Under the pieces are notes generated by a model. It worked only from the letters and a program-made list of their open reading frames with translations, made no database searches and had not been told where the DNA came from. The translations under genes and the position numbers were made by a program. DNA of 64,000 nucleotides, from the IMG/VR virus record IMGVR_UViG_3300028485_000003, positions 2,247 through 66,246 of that record. One strand, 5' to 3'. The stretch comes from a virus. Taxonomy: Duplodnaviria > Caudoviricetes. Below are positions 35,071 through 43,292 of this stretch, piece after piece. Numbering within the stretch: the first letter of the stretch is position 1; every line of letters begins with the position of its first letter.

Positions 35071-35732
35071 CACACGCCACCCCTCAACCACACCGACTTC
35101 TGGTGAGTCGTCGGAACGGCGCAGTCCACATGCACCGGCACGCCCACACAGCCCAGCCGCCAGCAGAACGACAGATCCTCACCCACCAGATTCCCCGCCC
35201 CATCGACCACTGGGTCGAACCACGACCCGTACTCAACTCGATCCAGCGCCATCCGGTGCACCAGCAGGCAGGCCGCACCCGTCCCCGCCACCCGCACCAG
35301 TCCCGACGGCACAGGCCCTTCCCACTCCGTGAAGACCTTCGCCTCCTCGGCTCGGCCGTGCAGCGTCGGGAAGACCCGCGTCACCACACCACCCATATCG
35401 TCCGGCTCGCCCTCGACCACCCCGTAGCAGAGCGCACCCACCACCGGCCGCTCCCGCGGGTCAGCGGTCGCGAGCAGCTGGTGCAGCGCGTCCGGCCGGA
35501 AACCCATGTCCGTGTCGACGAACCACAGCCACTCCCCGTCTCCCGCCAGGAACTCGGCGACCGCCTGGTTGCGGACGTGGGCGATCCCGGCCGGCCGGAA
35601 CCGCACCGGCATCACCCCGACAATCACCGGCCCGTCCGACGAGCGGTCGTGGCTCATGGCCAACATCAGCGACTGCATGAACGTGTGCTGCACCCACCCG
35701 GGATGCACATAGGTGACGACGACTCCGCGCAT
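35070..35732 (-). CDS. Glycosyltransferase, GT-A fold (GT2-like)
   Basis: VRNQAVAEFL...WLWFVDTDM...GAACLLVHR...GEDLSFC. Confidence 0.8.
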   Translation of the reverse strand: MRGVVVTYVHPGWVQHTFMQSLMLAMSHDRSSDGPVIVGVMPVRFRPAGIAHVRNQAVAEFLAGDGEWLWFVDTDMGFRPDALHQLLATADPRERPVVGALCYGVVEGEPDDMGGVVTRVFPTLHGRAEEAKVFTEWEGPVPSGLVRVAGTGAACLLVHRMALDRVEYGSWFDPVVDGAGNLVGEDLSFCWRLGCVGVPVHVDCAVPTTHQKSVWLRGGV

Positions 35733-35737
35733 GCCGG

Positions 35738-37147
35738 TCACCGTATCCGTCCTCCGGCGATCTGCTTTCTGGCCAGATCCCCGCCCAACGAACCCTGCCC
35801 GCGGGTCATCGTGCCGACCAGCCGCATGTGCCATGGTCCCCAAACGGCTGCGTCGAGGCGATCCGGTGACCAGCCCAGCTCGGGATACCAGGTGCACAGC
35901 TGCTCTTCGAGCTCCTCGAACTTCCCGGCATGGTGCCAGCGTCCCTGCGCCGACAGTGCGGCGACCGGCTGTGCCCGCACGGCCTTGCCCTGTGTCGCGC
36001 GTACCTTCCGCACCGGGATGTCCACGCCGACCTTCTCCATCGCCGTCCGAATCACAGCGATCGCTTGGTCCCCTCCGTAGTTAATTTCTACGCATATGTC
36101 CTCGGCCTCCCAGTCGATCGCGGCCCGCACCGCACGCTCGCCCCACCCCTCCGGCGGCAGGTGGCACGACCGGTCGTCCAGGACAAACCCGTGGTGCTGC
36201 GGACGCTGCTGCACCGGCCGCGCCTCGTCCGGGTCCGGGTCAGGCGCCGGCAGGGCGCCGGGCAGGAACAGCCCGGACTTCGCGGTGACGACGATGCCCT
36301 GCTCCCCGGCACCGCCGGACGGGTCGACGCCGACGGTGCGGCGGATCGTGCCGGGCAGATCGTCCAGCCGGATCCGTGAGGCGGCCAGGTTTTTCCTACG
36401 CCAGAAGGCGTTGGCCATCTCGTCGAGGATTTGCCCGTACAGCTCCTGCTCGCCGAGGTCGGTACCGCCGTAGGCGTCCTCGAGCATCTGCCGGATGTGC
36501 TCGGGGAGGTGGGGGTTGTTGTACATGGTGGCGTGGGTGGTGACCACGCCGGGGATCTCTCCGGCTTTCAGCCGGCCCAGGAGCGGCTTCGGCTTGGGGG
36601 TGGTGGAGGCGACCCAGTGCGGGCGTGGCCCGGAGCGGAGGCCGAACCGCAGTTGATCGAAGGACTGCTGCATGTACCGCCAGGCGGCGAACTCTTCCAG
36701 CCAGGCGACGCAAGTATTTCCCCCGGCCCGGAGTCGCTCTACGTCCTCGGGGTTGCTGGCCCCGTACAGCTTGGCCTGGCTGCCGTTAGCCCAGCGGACG
36801 ACGGTGCCGCCCGCGGTGGTGATGGGGCCGGATGCGGTGGGGTCGTGGGCTTTGATGCCGGACGGGCCGGACACGCAGGCGGTGACGGCGTCGCCTTGGG
36901 TGGGGGCGATGATGCCGACCCAGTGGGGGATGGGGCCGGGGAGGCAGGGTGGTCCGGCGACGTGGCGGGCGATGTATTCGGCGCAGGCGTCGGTTTTCCC
37001 GGCGCCGCGGCCGGCGAGGAGGAGCCATCCGTACCAGTTGCCGGGGGGCGGTATCTGGTGCGGGAGCGGCGTCCAGCTCGGCTTGAGTTGGGCAGCGAGG
37101 AGGGCGGCGGCGCGTTGTGCGATGCGGGCCCGGTCCTCGGTGGTCAT
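35738..37147 (-). CDS. Terminase large subunit
   Basis: Walker A AGRGAGKT, Walker B WLEEF, nuclease GVDP...PDRLDA. Confidence 0.92.
   Translation of the reverse strand: MTTEDRARIAQRAAALLAAQLKPSWTPLPHQIPPPGNWYGWLLLAGRGAGKTDACAEYIARHVAGPPCLPGPIPHWVGIIAPTQGDAVTACVSGPSGIKAHDPTASGPITTAGGTVVRWANGSQAKLYGASNPEDVERLRAGGNTCVAWLEEFAAWRYMQQSFDQLRFGLRSGPRPHWVASTTPKPKPLLGRLKAGEIPGVVTTHATMYNNPHLPEHIRQMLEDAYGGTDLGEQELYGQILDEMANAFWRRKNLAASRIRLDDLPGTIRRTVGVDPSGGAGEQGIVVTAKSGLFLPGALPAPDPDPDEARPVQQRPQHHGFVLDDRSCHLPPEGWGERAVRAAIDWEAEDICVEINYGGDQAIAVIRTAMEKVGVDIPVRKVRATQGKAVRAQPVAALSAQGRWHHAGKFEELEEQLCTWYPELGWSPDRLDAAVWGPWHMRLVGTMTRGQGSLGGDLARKQIAGGRIR
35740..35772 (-). promoter_or_regulatory. Putative late promoter variant (leaderless)
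   Basis: CCAGAAAGCA-N17-TACGGT-N7-ATG(35732), overlapping the terminase 3' end. Confidence 0.45.
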
Positions 37148-37153
37148 GGGTGG

Positions 37154-37186
37154 ATTGTGGCTTCCGGTTGAGGCGGGGCTTTCCGG
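37154..37186 (-). promoter_or_regulatory. Putative late promoter variant (leaderless)
   Basis: CCGGAAAGCC-N17-CACAAT-N6-ATG(37147). Confidence 0.55.
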
Positions 37187-37253
37187 AACGGGGCCGGGCC
37201 GTCTGCTCGTACGCTGGAGAGGCGCCAGGGTTCATGAGGCCCCATTGACCCGT

Positions 37254-37285
37254 TGGCGGCCCGGGAAGAAGCGCGCAGGCCGCCA
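37254..37285 (-). terminator. Stem-loop at end of the sugar operon
   Basis: TGGCGGCC...GGCCGCCA immediately after the TAA at 37287. Confidence 0.45.
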
Positions 37286-37286
37286 C

Positions 37287-37910
37287 TTATCGACGTAGGC
37301 GCCCGCGGGTTCTGGCTCCGGGGCGGGCGTCGCCGCGGTTGGGTTGGCCGCTGGAGTTCGCGCCGTGGTGGTGCCAGGTCCACGTGCGCGCGGGGTGGTG
37401 GACGATGCGCGCTCCGGCGGCGAGGCATCCGAGGGTGAAGTGCCAGTCCTCCCCGCCTCGCTGGCCGCCGACCATGCTGCCGGCGGGCGGCTGGCGGAAG
37501 CCCACCTGTTGGGCGAGGTCGGTGCGCACCAGGATGGTGATGGTGGTCTGGTGGGGGTGGGCGTCGTCCCAGGGCTTCCCGAAGAACATGGGGAAGGGGT
37601 CGGAGCCGCCCTTCACGCGGAACCAGGGGTACACGTAGTCGGCGCTGGTGTCGCGGGCGCAGGCGAGGAGCTGCTCGATGTGGTCCGCGTCCATCTCGTC
37701 GTCTGAGTCGAGGAACGCGGTCCACTCGGTGTCGACGAGTTCGAGGCCTGCTTGTCGGGTGGTGGCGGCACCCTTGCGGTGGATGTCCTCGGCGAGTTGG
37801 AGGTGGACGGGGATGGTCTGCTGTTGGACGGAGCGGGTGGCGCGGTCGAGGAGTCCGCTGCGCCGTCGGGCCTCATGAAACGGGACGACGACGGTGACGC
37901 CGGGCTTCAC
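37287..37910 (-). CDS. Glycosyltransferase family 2
   Basis: VTVVVPFH, WTAFLDSDD (DxD), GGEDW. Confidence 0.85.
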   Translation of the reverse strand: MKPGVTVVVPFHEARRRSGLLDRATRSVQQQTIPVHLQLAEDIHRKGAATTRQAGLELVDTEWTAFLDSDDEMDADHIEQLLACARDTSADYVYPWFRVKGGSDPFPMFFGKPWDDAHPHQTTITILVRTDLAQQVGFRQPPAGSMVGGQRGGEDWHFTLGCLAAGARIVHHPARTWTWHHHGANSSGQPNRGDARPGARTRGRLRR

Positions 37911-38089
37911 GGCGCGTCCTCGCCGCCGTCCTCGGCAGCAGCGTGCTCCGCTAGGTGCTCCTGGACTGAGGCTGTGCTGAACGTGACCGATGCCGTGGCG
38001 CGGCCCGTCATGCGGAGGGTGAGCGGGATGGTCAGGGTCTTGCCGCAGCCAGGGCAGTCCACCTGCGCGGTTGCGTCGTCTGCTCTCAT
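37907..38089 (-). CDS. Small zinc-ribbon-like protein
   Basis: VDCPGCG...EHLAEH; coupled within the sugar operon. Confidence 0.55.
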   Translation of the reverse strand: MRADDATAQVDCPGCGKTLTIPLTLRMTGRATASVTFSTASVQEHLAEHAAAEDGGEDAP

Positions 38090-38523
38090 CGCGGCGTCCC
38101 CTTCCACAGGATCTCGTTGTCGCCTTGCACCCGCAGCTCCAGCGTCTTCCACAGCCGGATGCCGTAGTCGGCGTTCGCCGCGAAGTGCCCGTCGAAGTAG
38201 TGGAACGACTCCACGCACCAGAAGCTGACGTGCGTCGGATCCGCCCACGCATGCCACGTCCCGCTGAGCGCGTTCGGCACCCGAACCTCGAACACGCCGC
38301 CCGGGCGCAGCACCCGGTGCGCCTCGTTCATCACCGCCAGCCGCGGATCCCCGGCCGGGATGTGCTCCATCACGTGCGCGGCCCGGATCGCCTCCACCGT
38401 CCGGTCGCCGGTCGGCCACGGGGTGTCCTGCGCCAACCGCTTCCAGTCGCCGTGTCCGTTGCGGGAGTCGAGGTTCGTCCACCCCGCAGGCACGATGTGC
38501 CCGCCGCCGATCTCCAGCTTCAC
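38086..38523 (-). CDS. Class I SAM-dependent methyltransferase
   Basis: KLEIGGG motif I, AHVMEHI, RVLRPGG. Confidence 0.85.
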   Translation of the reverse strand: MKLEIGGGHIVPAGWTNLDSRNGHGDWKRLAQDTPWPTGDRTVEAIRAAHVMEHIPAGDPRLAVMNEAHRVLRPGGVFEVRVPNALSGTWHAWADPTHVSFWCVESFHYFDGHFAANADYGIRLWKTLELRVQGDNEILWKGTPR

Positions 38524-39182
38524 GAGTGCCGTCCGCTTCCCTCGTACCGCAGCCACTGGTTCCCCAGGTGCGAGCCCGGGAGCGCGGCCGGGCGGAGCCG
38601 CGTCTTACGCAGCACGTACGGCTGTGACACCTGGTCCCGCGACGACCCGGCCTCGATCTCCTTCGCCCACATCGCACCCATCCGCTTCACCGCCGGCGTG
38701 TGCTGGCGGGCGATCACCCCGGACGCCCACAGCCCCCACTGCTCGGGGTGCTTCGCCTTCCGGTACCGGGCCACCTGCCATGCGGCGATGCCGTCCGGGT
38801 CCATGCCCAGCCGGGCGACCTCGGCGGCCTCGCTGTAGAGGCAGTCCCGCCACGGGTGGACGAACTGGGCGATCGGGTCGGCGAGGGCCAGGACTTCGAG
38901 GGCGAAGGTGGGCGAGGTGATGCGGTAGCTGGCGTCCACCCAGATGCTGGCGGGGGCGTCGGTGTACCGCCAGGGTTCCAGCTTCGGCGTCTTCGCTGCG
39001 CGCACCGGGGGGAGCTCCGGCCGGGGCTCGTGCACGACCGTCCACCCGCGCGCCGCGTCGGCGTCCGGGACGGTGTCGGTGACGAGGATCCACTCCACGT
39101 CCACACCCGACTGCCGCAGCACCGGCTTCACCGTGTCGTACCCGTCGAAGACTGCGCTGATGATCGCTACGTCTGCGGTCAC
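38520..39182 (-). CDS. DUF616-like putative glycosyltransferase
   Basis: FDGYD, IWVDAS, HPWRDCLYSEA, RDQVSQPYVL. Confidence 0.7.
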   Translation of the reverse strand: MTADVAIISAVFDGYDTVKPVLRQSGVDVEWILVTDTVPDADAARGWTVVHEPRPELPPVRAAKTPKLEPWRYTDAPASIWVDASYRITSPTFALEVLALADPIAQFVHPWRDCLYSEAAEVARLGMDPDGIAAWQVARYRKAKHPEQWGLWASGVIARQHTPAVKRMGAMWAKEIEAGSSRDQVSQPYVLRKTRLRPAALPGSHLGNQWLRYEGSGRHS

Positions 39183-40009
39183 TTGTACCACCTCACCACT
39201 TCTGCGATCCGGTCCCAGTCCAGGCCGGGCTTCCAGTCCAGCCGCTCCCAGCCCTCGCCCTCCGCGGTGATCTGCACCGGCACCTCACCCGGCCGCATCG
39301 GCAGGTGCTCGACACCGGCCGTGGACCCGGTCACCTCCAGCACGAACGCGGCCAGCTCGTTGACCGTCACCGGCACCCCGGTCCCGGCGTCGAACGTGAC
39401 ATCGTCGCCGTGCTCCACAGCCTCGACGAGCATGCGGCCCACGTCGTCGGAGTGCACGAGGTCGATGGCCTGCTCCCCATCACCCCAGATCGGCAACGGG
39501 CGCCCCTCCCACGCGGCACGCGCGAACGTCGGCACGATCTTCTGCGGGTGCCCGGGCCCGTGCGCCTGGTGGGGGCCGTATCCGTTGAACGCGCGGACGG
39601 TGGCCACGCGCAGTCCGTACGCCTGATGCCAGGCGGTCGTCAGCCGGCGGGCGGCGACCTTCGTCGCGGTGTACACGCTGGGGAAGGGGTCCGGCATGCT
39701 GATGCCGACGTAGCCGGCGTGGTGGTCGCGGCACCACTGCAAGATGCGGAGGGTGCCTTTGATGTTGACGTCGAGGGCGGTCTCCGGCATGTCGAACAGC
39801 TCGGACGTGCCGAGGACTCCGGCGAGGTGGATGACCACATCGGCGTCGGCGAGGGCGTCGAGTGAGCCGAGGACGTCGTGGCCGAGGGTGTAGTCGAACG
39901 GCCACACCTCATGCCCGGCGGCCTCGGCGGCCTGGATGGTGGCGCGGCCGAAGAAGCCGGCCCCGCCGGTGACTGCGAGTTTCAAGGGTGTCTCCTGGTT
40001 GTTCACCAT
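39179..40009 (-). CDS. NAD-dependent sugar epimerase/dehydratase/reductase (extended SDR)
   Basis: TGGAGFFG, YTATK (YxxxK), FNGYGP. Confidence 0.88.
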   Translation of the reverse strand: MVNNQETPLKLAVTGGAGFFGRATIQAAEAAGHEVWPFDYTLGHDVLGSLDALADADVVIHLAGVLGTSELFDMPETALDVNIKGTLRILQWCRDHHAGYVGISMPDPFPSVYTATKVAARRLTTAWHQAYGLRVATVRAFNGYGPHQAHGPGHPQKIVPTFARAAWEGRPLPIWGDGEQAIDLVHSDDVGRMLVEAVEHGDDVTFDAGTGVPVTVNELAAFVLEVTGSTAGVEHLPMRPGEVPVQITAEGEGWERLDWKPGLDWDRIAEVVRWYK

Positions 40010-40680
40010 GGGGTGCGGCCCCACTTCTGTCGGAAGGTCTCCCGGTCCCGCACGGTCTGCGCTTCGAGCTCGGGCCGCTCGTACAGGGAGCCGTTCGGGC
40101 ACCGGTGGTCCACCGGGATGCCGGGCACGAGGAGCGCACCGCCTGCCTCACGGGCCTGCCAGTCGAGATCATCGTCCGAGTACCACCAGGCCATGGACTC
40201 GTCGAGGCGCAGCCCGTGCTCGCCGCGCAGCATGTACGCGAAGCCGGTGATCCGCTGCCGCAGATCGATCGGGCCGGCCTTCGTGTGGAGGATCTGCTGT
40301 CGGCCGCCGTGCTGGTCGGGGAAGGCGAGGACCGCGGTGGTGCAGCGCATCGCGGTCGACAGTGACTCCACCCAGCCGGGCGGGACGACGACGTCGTTGT
40401 TGAAGACGGCGATGTCCCACGCCGTAGCGCCGGCCGCGTGCGCGTTGCTGTCGGCGAGGGCGATGCCCACGTTCCAGAACGTGGAGATGTTCGGCGGATC
40501 CAGGGGGAGCCGGACAACAGCCACCTTGCCGTGCCACTGCTCCGCGTCCACCGGCGGATCGGACAGGTTGTCGACGATGATGACCTGGTCGACCTGATCC
40601 ACGACCGAGCCGACGCACTCGGTGAGGAGATCATGCCGGTCCCGGGTGGGGATCACCGCAGCCCTGAACGCGCCGCTCAC
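40003..40680 (-). CDS. Glycosyltransferase family 2
   Basis: VIPTRDR, IIVDN, VFNNDVV, WYSDDDL. Confidence 0.85.
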   Translation of the reverse strand: MSGAFRAAVIPTRDRHDLLTECVGSVVDQVDQVIIVDNLSDPPVDAEQWHGKVAVVRLPLDPPNISTFWNVGIALADSNAHAAGATAWDIAVFNNDVVVPPGWVESLSTAMRCTTAVLAFPDQHGGRQQILHTKAGPIDLRQRITGFAYMLRGEHGLRLDESMAWWYSDDDLDWQAREAGGALLVPGIPVDHRCPNGSLYERPELEAQTVRDRETFRQKWGRTPW

Positions 40681-41339
40681 CGGGCGTCCGCCTGCGCGTG
40701 CACCGCGGCCCGCAGCAGCGAGTCCGGCGTACCCATGTCCGACCACACACCCGGCACCTCGTGCACGTCCATGAGGCCGTGCTGCAGGTACCAGTTGTTG
40801 ACGTCGGTGATCTCCAGCTCGCCGCGCGCCGACGGCACCAGACCACGGACCACGTCGAACACCCGGTCGTCGTACACGTACAGGCCAGTCACCGCGAGGT
40901 CCGAGGTGGGGTCCTTGGGCTTCTCCACGATCCGGCCGGTGCCCGGCTCGTACACACCGAACGCCTCCGGCCGCTCCGTGCGGGCCGTGTAGATCGCAGG
41001 CCGGTCCGGCATCGTCATGTCGGCGGCGAAGTAGTTGTCGCCGAGGACTACCGGGAACAGGCCGTCGGTGAAACCCTCCGCCTGCGCGAGCGCCCCCGCG
41101 ATCCCGTCGGGCCGGTCCTGCACCCGGTAGGTGAAGCCCGAGCCGAGCAGCTGCGCGAACCCGCCGACGTTCTCCCCGCCGGTCACGATGAGGATGTCGG
41201 TACAGCCCATCGCCTGGAGCGTGGCGATCGGGTAGTAGATCATCGGCCGGTCGTAGACGGGCAGCAGATGCTTGTTGACCACGCGGGTGGTCTCGCCGAG
41301 CCGGGTACCGCGGCCACCCGCGAGGATCACGCCCCTCAC
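40677..41339 (-). CDS. rmlA: Glucose-1-phosphate thymidylyltransferase-like nucleotidyltransferase
   Basis: ILAGGRGTRL...NKHLLPVYDRPMIYYP, QDRPDGIAGA, LGDN, VEKP, GELEITD. Confidence 0.85.
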   Translation of the reverse strand: MRGVILAGGRGTRLGETTRVVNKHLLPVYDRPMIYYPIATLQAMGCTDILIVTGGENVGGFAQLLGSGFTYRVQDRPDGIAGALAQAEGFTDGLFPVVLGDNYFAADMTMPDRPAIYTARTERPEAFGVYEPGTGRIVEKPKDPTSDLAVTGLYVYDDRVFDVVRGLVPSARGELEITDVNNWYLQHGLMDVHEVPGVWSDMGTPDSLLRAAVHAQADAR

Positions 41340-42364
41340 GACTGCACCTGGGCAGGCTCCAGCCACGCCGGCCGGTCGCAGTACCAGTCGACGATGTCCT
41401 TCAGCGTCTCCTCGAGGGGGCGGCTGGGCCGCCATCCGGCATCGGCGAGTTTCGTCCCGTCGAGTGCGTACCGCAGGTCGTGTCCGGGGCGGGAGGCGTG
41501 GAAGGACACCAGCTCGTAGTGGAGGGGCTTGCCGATGATGTCGGCGATGATCTGCGCGACTTCGAGGTTGGAGCGCTCCTCGCCGACGATGTGCCACATC
41601 GACGGCCGGTCGTGGGTGGGGTAGCGCTGCGGTGTGGTGTGGTCGAGGAGGTGCATCCAGGCTGCGGCGAACTCGCGGGTGTCGATCCAGTAGCGGCTGC
41701 CGGGTACGCCGTCCGGGGACGAGTAGATCGGCACGGTCTCACCGGCGAGGACTTTCCGGATGACGGTGGGTACGAGTTTCTCTCCGCCCTGCCCGGGGCC
41801 GATGAGGTTCATCGTGCGGGTGAGGACGACGGGCACGCCGTAGGTGCGCCACCAGGCGGTCGCGAGCGCGGACTGGCTTGCCTTGGAGGCGGCGTATGGG
41901 TTGGAGGGGATGATCGGGTCCCATTCGCGGTGGGCGTATCCGGTGGGGGCTGGGCCGTACACCTCGTCGGTGTCCATCTGGAGGAACGCTCGGGGTTGTA
42001 CGCGGCGCGCGTACTCCAGGAGGTTCGTCATCAGCTCGGTGTTGTTGCGGACGAAGCTGACGGGGTTGGCGATGGAGTCCTCGACGCCGCTGTTGGAGGC
42101 CACGTTGAGGATGTAGTCGATGGGGCCGATCTCGCGGGCGAGGCTGTCGGGGATCGGGGTGGCGAGGTCGTGCATGACGGTGACGACTCGCTGATTCCAC
42201 GCGCCGGGCTCGGGGGCGTGATCGAGGGCGTCGGTGACGCGTTGGGAGTTGCCGCGGTGGCGCAGCGTCCATGGCAGGACGATGTCGGCGTCGGTGTGGG
42301 TGAGGAGGTGGGTGAGGACGTGGGAGCCGACGAATCCGCTGGCGCCGGTGAGGAGGATACGCAT
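41336..42364 (-). CDS. rmlB: dTDP-glucose 4,6-dehydratase-like
   Basis: TGASGFVG, TDEVYG, PSNPYAASKA, RPGHDLRYALD. Confidence 0.88.
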   Translation of the reverse strand: MRILLTGASGFVGSHVLTHLLTHTDADIVLPWTLRHRGNSQRVTDALDHAPEPGAWNQRVVTVMHDLATPIPDSLAREIGPIDYILNVASNSGVEDSIANPVSFVRNNTELMTNLLEYARRVQPRAFLQMDTDEVYGPAPTGYAHREWDPIIPSNPYAASKASQSALATAWWRTYGVPVVLTRTMNLIGPGQGGEKLVPTVIRKVLAGETVPIYSSPDGVPGSRYWIDTREFAAAWMHLLDHTTPQRYPTHDRPSMWHIVGEERSNLEVAQIIADIIGKPLHYELVSFHASRPGHDLRYALDGTKLADAGWRPSRPLEETLKDIVDWYCDRPAWLEPAQVQS

Positions 42365-42371
42365 GGCGGGG

Positions 42372-42404
42372 ACGGTAGAAGCCGCCCCGGCATGATCATT
42401 CCGG
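42372..42404 (-). promoter_or_regulatory. Putative late promoter (leaderless) of the sugar operon
   Basis: CCGGAATGAT-N17-TACCGT-N7-ATG(42364). Confidence 0.7.
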
Positions 42405-42953
42405 GGTGGTGGGCTCTCCTGCTCCGAGGAGGTGCTGCTGGGCTGCGCCGAGGGCGAGGACGCGCTGTTCGTGGTCGAGGCCGAGGGTGTCCATGGCGGC
42501 GGACAGTGCGGAGGCGACGAGTTCGCCTTCCATGTCGAGGCGGCGTTCCAGGGCGACCATGACGCCGGCGTCGACGGCCTGCTTGGCGGTGGTGGCGGCG
42601 AGTTTGCGTTCTTCGCGGGACTGCCGCATCCACGGCAGGAGTTCCTGCGGTGGGTTGAGGGGGTCGCCTCCGGCAGCGACGTGGTCGCGGAGCCGCTCTG
42701 TGATGATCGTGTCGACGTAGGCGGCCCGCCCGGTCGCGGTCCGGACGAGGCCGAGGAGCGCCTCGTGTGGGGTGACGTTCCGTTCGGCGGCGATCTCTTG
42801 TGCCATGGCCCATGCCTCCTCGACGTGCCGGTGTGCGCCTTTGTGCCAGCTGCAGGTTCCGTACCCGGGGTGGTTGGTGTTGTGGCCGGCGCGGTGGGAG
42901 CACATGCGGCCGTTGAGGTTGCGGGCGGGGCAGCGGGCCGGGTAGGCGGGCAT
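42396..42953 (-). CDS. Putative terminase small subunit
   Basis: C...C..RAG..T.HPGYGTCSWHKG zinc-knuckle-like N-terminus plus helical body; first gene of the late region. Confidence 0.55.
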   Translation of the reverse strand: MPAYPARCPARNLNGRMCSHRAGHNTNHPGYGTCSWHKGAHRHVEEAWAMAQEIAAERNVTPHEALLGLVRTATGRAAYVDTIITERLRDHVAAGGDPLNPPQELLPWMRQSREERKLAATTAKQAVDAGVMVALERRLDMEGELVASALSAAMDTLGLDHEQRVLALGAAQQHLLGAGEPTTPE

Positions 42954-42959
42954 GGGGTC

Positions 42960-42992
42960 ATTGTGGCCCGGCTGGGGCGGGTGATCTTCCGG
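42960..42992 (-). promoter_or_regulatory. Putative late promoter (leaderless)
   Basis: CCGGAAGATC-N17-CACAAT-N6-ATG(42953). Confidence 0.6.
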
Positions 42993-43045
42993 ACATGGCG
43001 GAGGCCCGCACCCGGTGCAGGTGTGGGCCTCCAGTTCGTGCGCGG

Positions 43046-43255
43046 TCAGTTGAGGTCGCGTCCCTCCAGCCACGCCTCCAGCGTCGGGCTGCTGTCCTGC
43101 ACCTCCTCCGCCGAGACGTCGCCGCAGGCGGACTTCACCATCTCCAGCACGAACTCGACGACGTCCTTACGGAAGGCGTTGAGCAGCATGTCCAGCTCGT
43201 CGGCGTGCTCCTCGGTGGGGAGCAGGGCGTGGATACGGGCGCGGGGACCGGTCAT
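43046..43255 (-). CDS. Hypothetical protein
   Basis: 69-aa ORF with GGAG SD. Confidence 0.6.
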   Translation of the reverse strand: MTGPRARIHALLPTEEHADELDMLLNAFRKDVVEFVLEMVKSACGDVSAEEVQDSSPTLEAWLEGRDLN

Positions 43256-43292
43256 CGGGGTCTCCTATCGGGTTGGTGGTTGGTCGGGTTGG

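Noticed and set aside
35070-42364. Captured host cell-wall or antibiotic sugar cluster marking a prophage boundary
   Set aside because: Genes are interleaved with terminase and portal, coupled to phage ORFs and share the phage promoter motif
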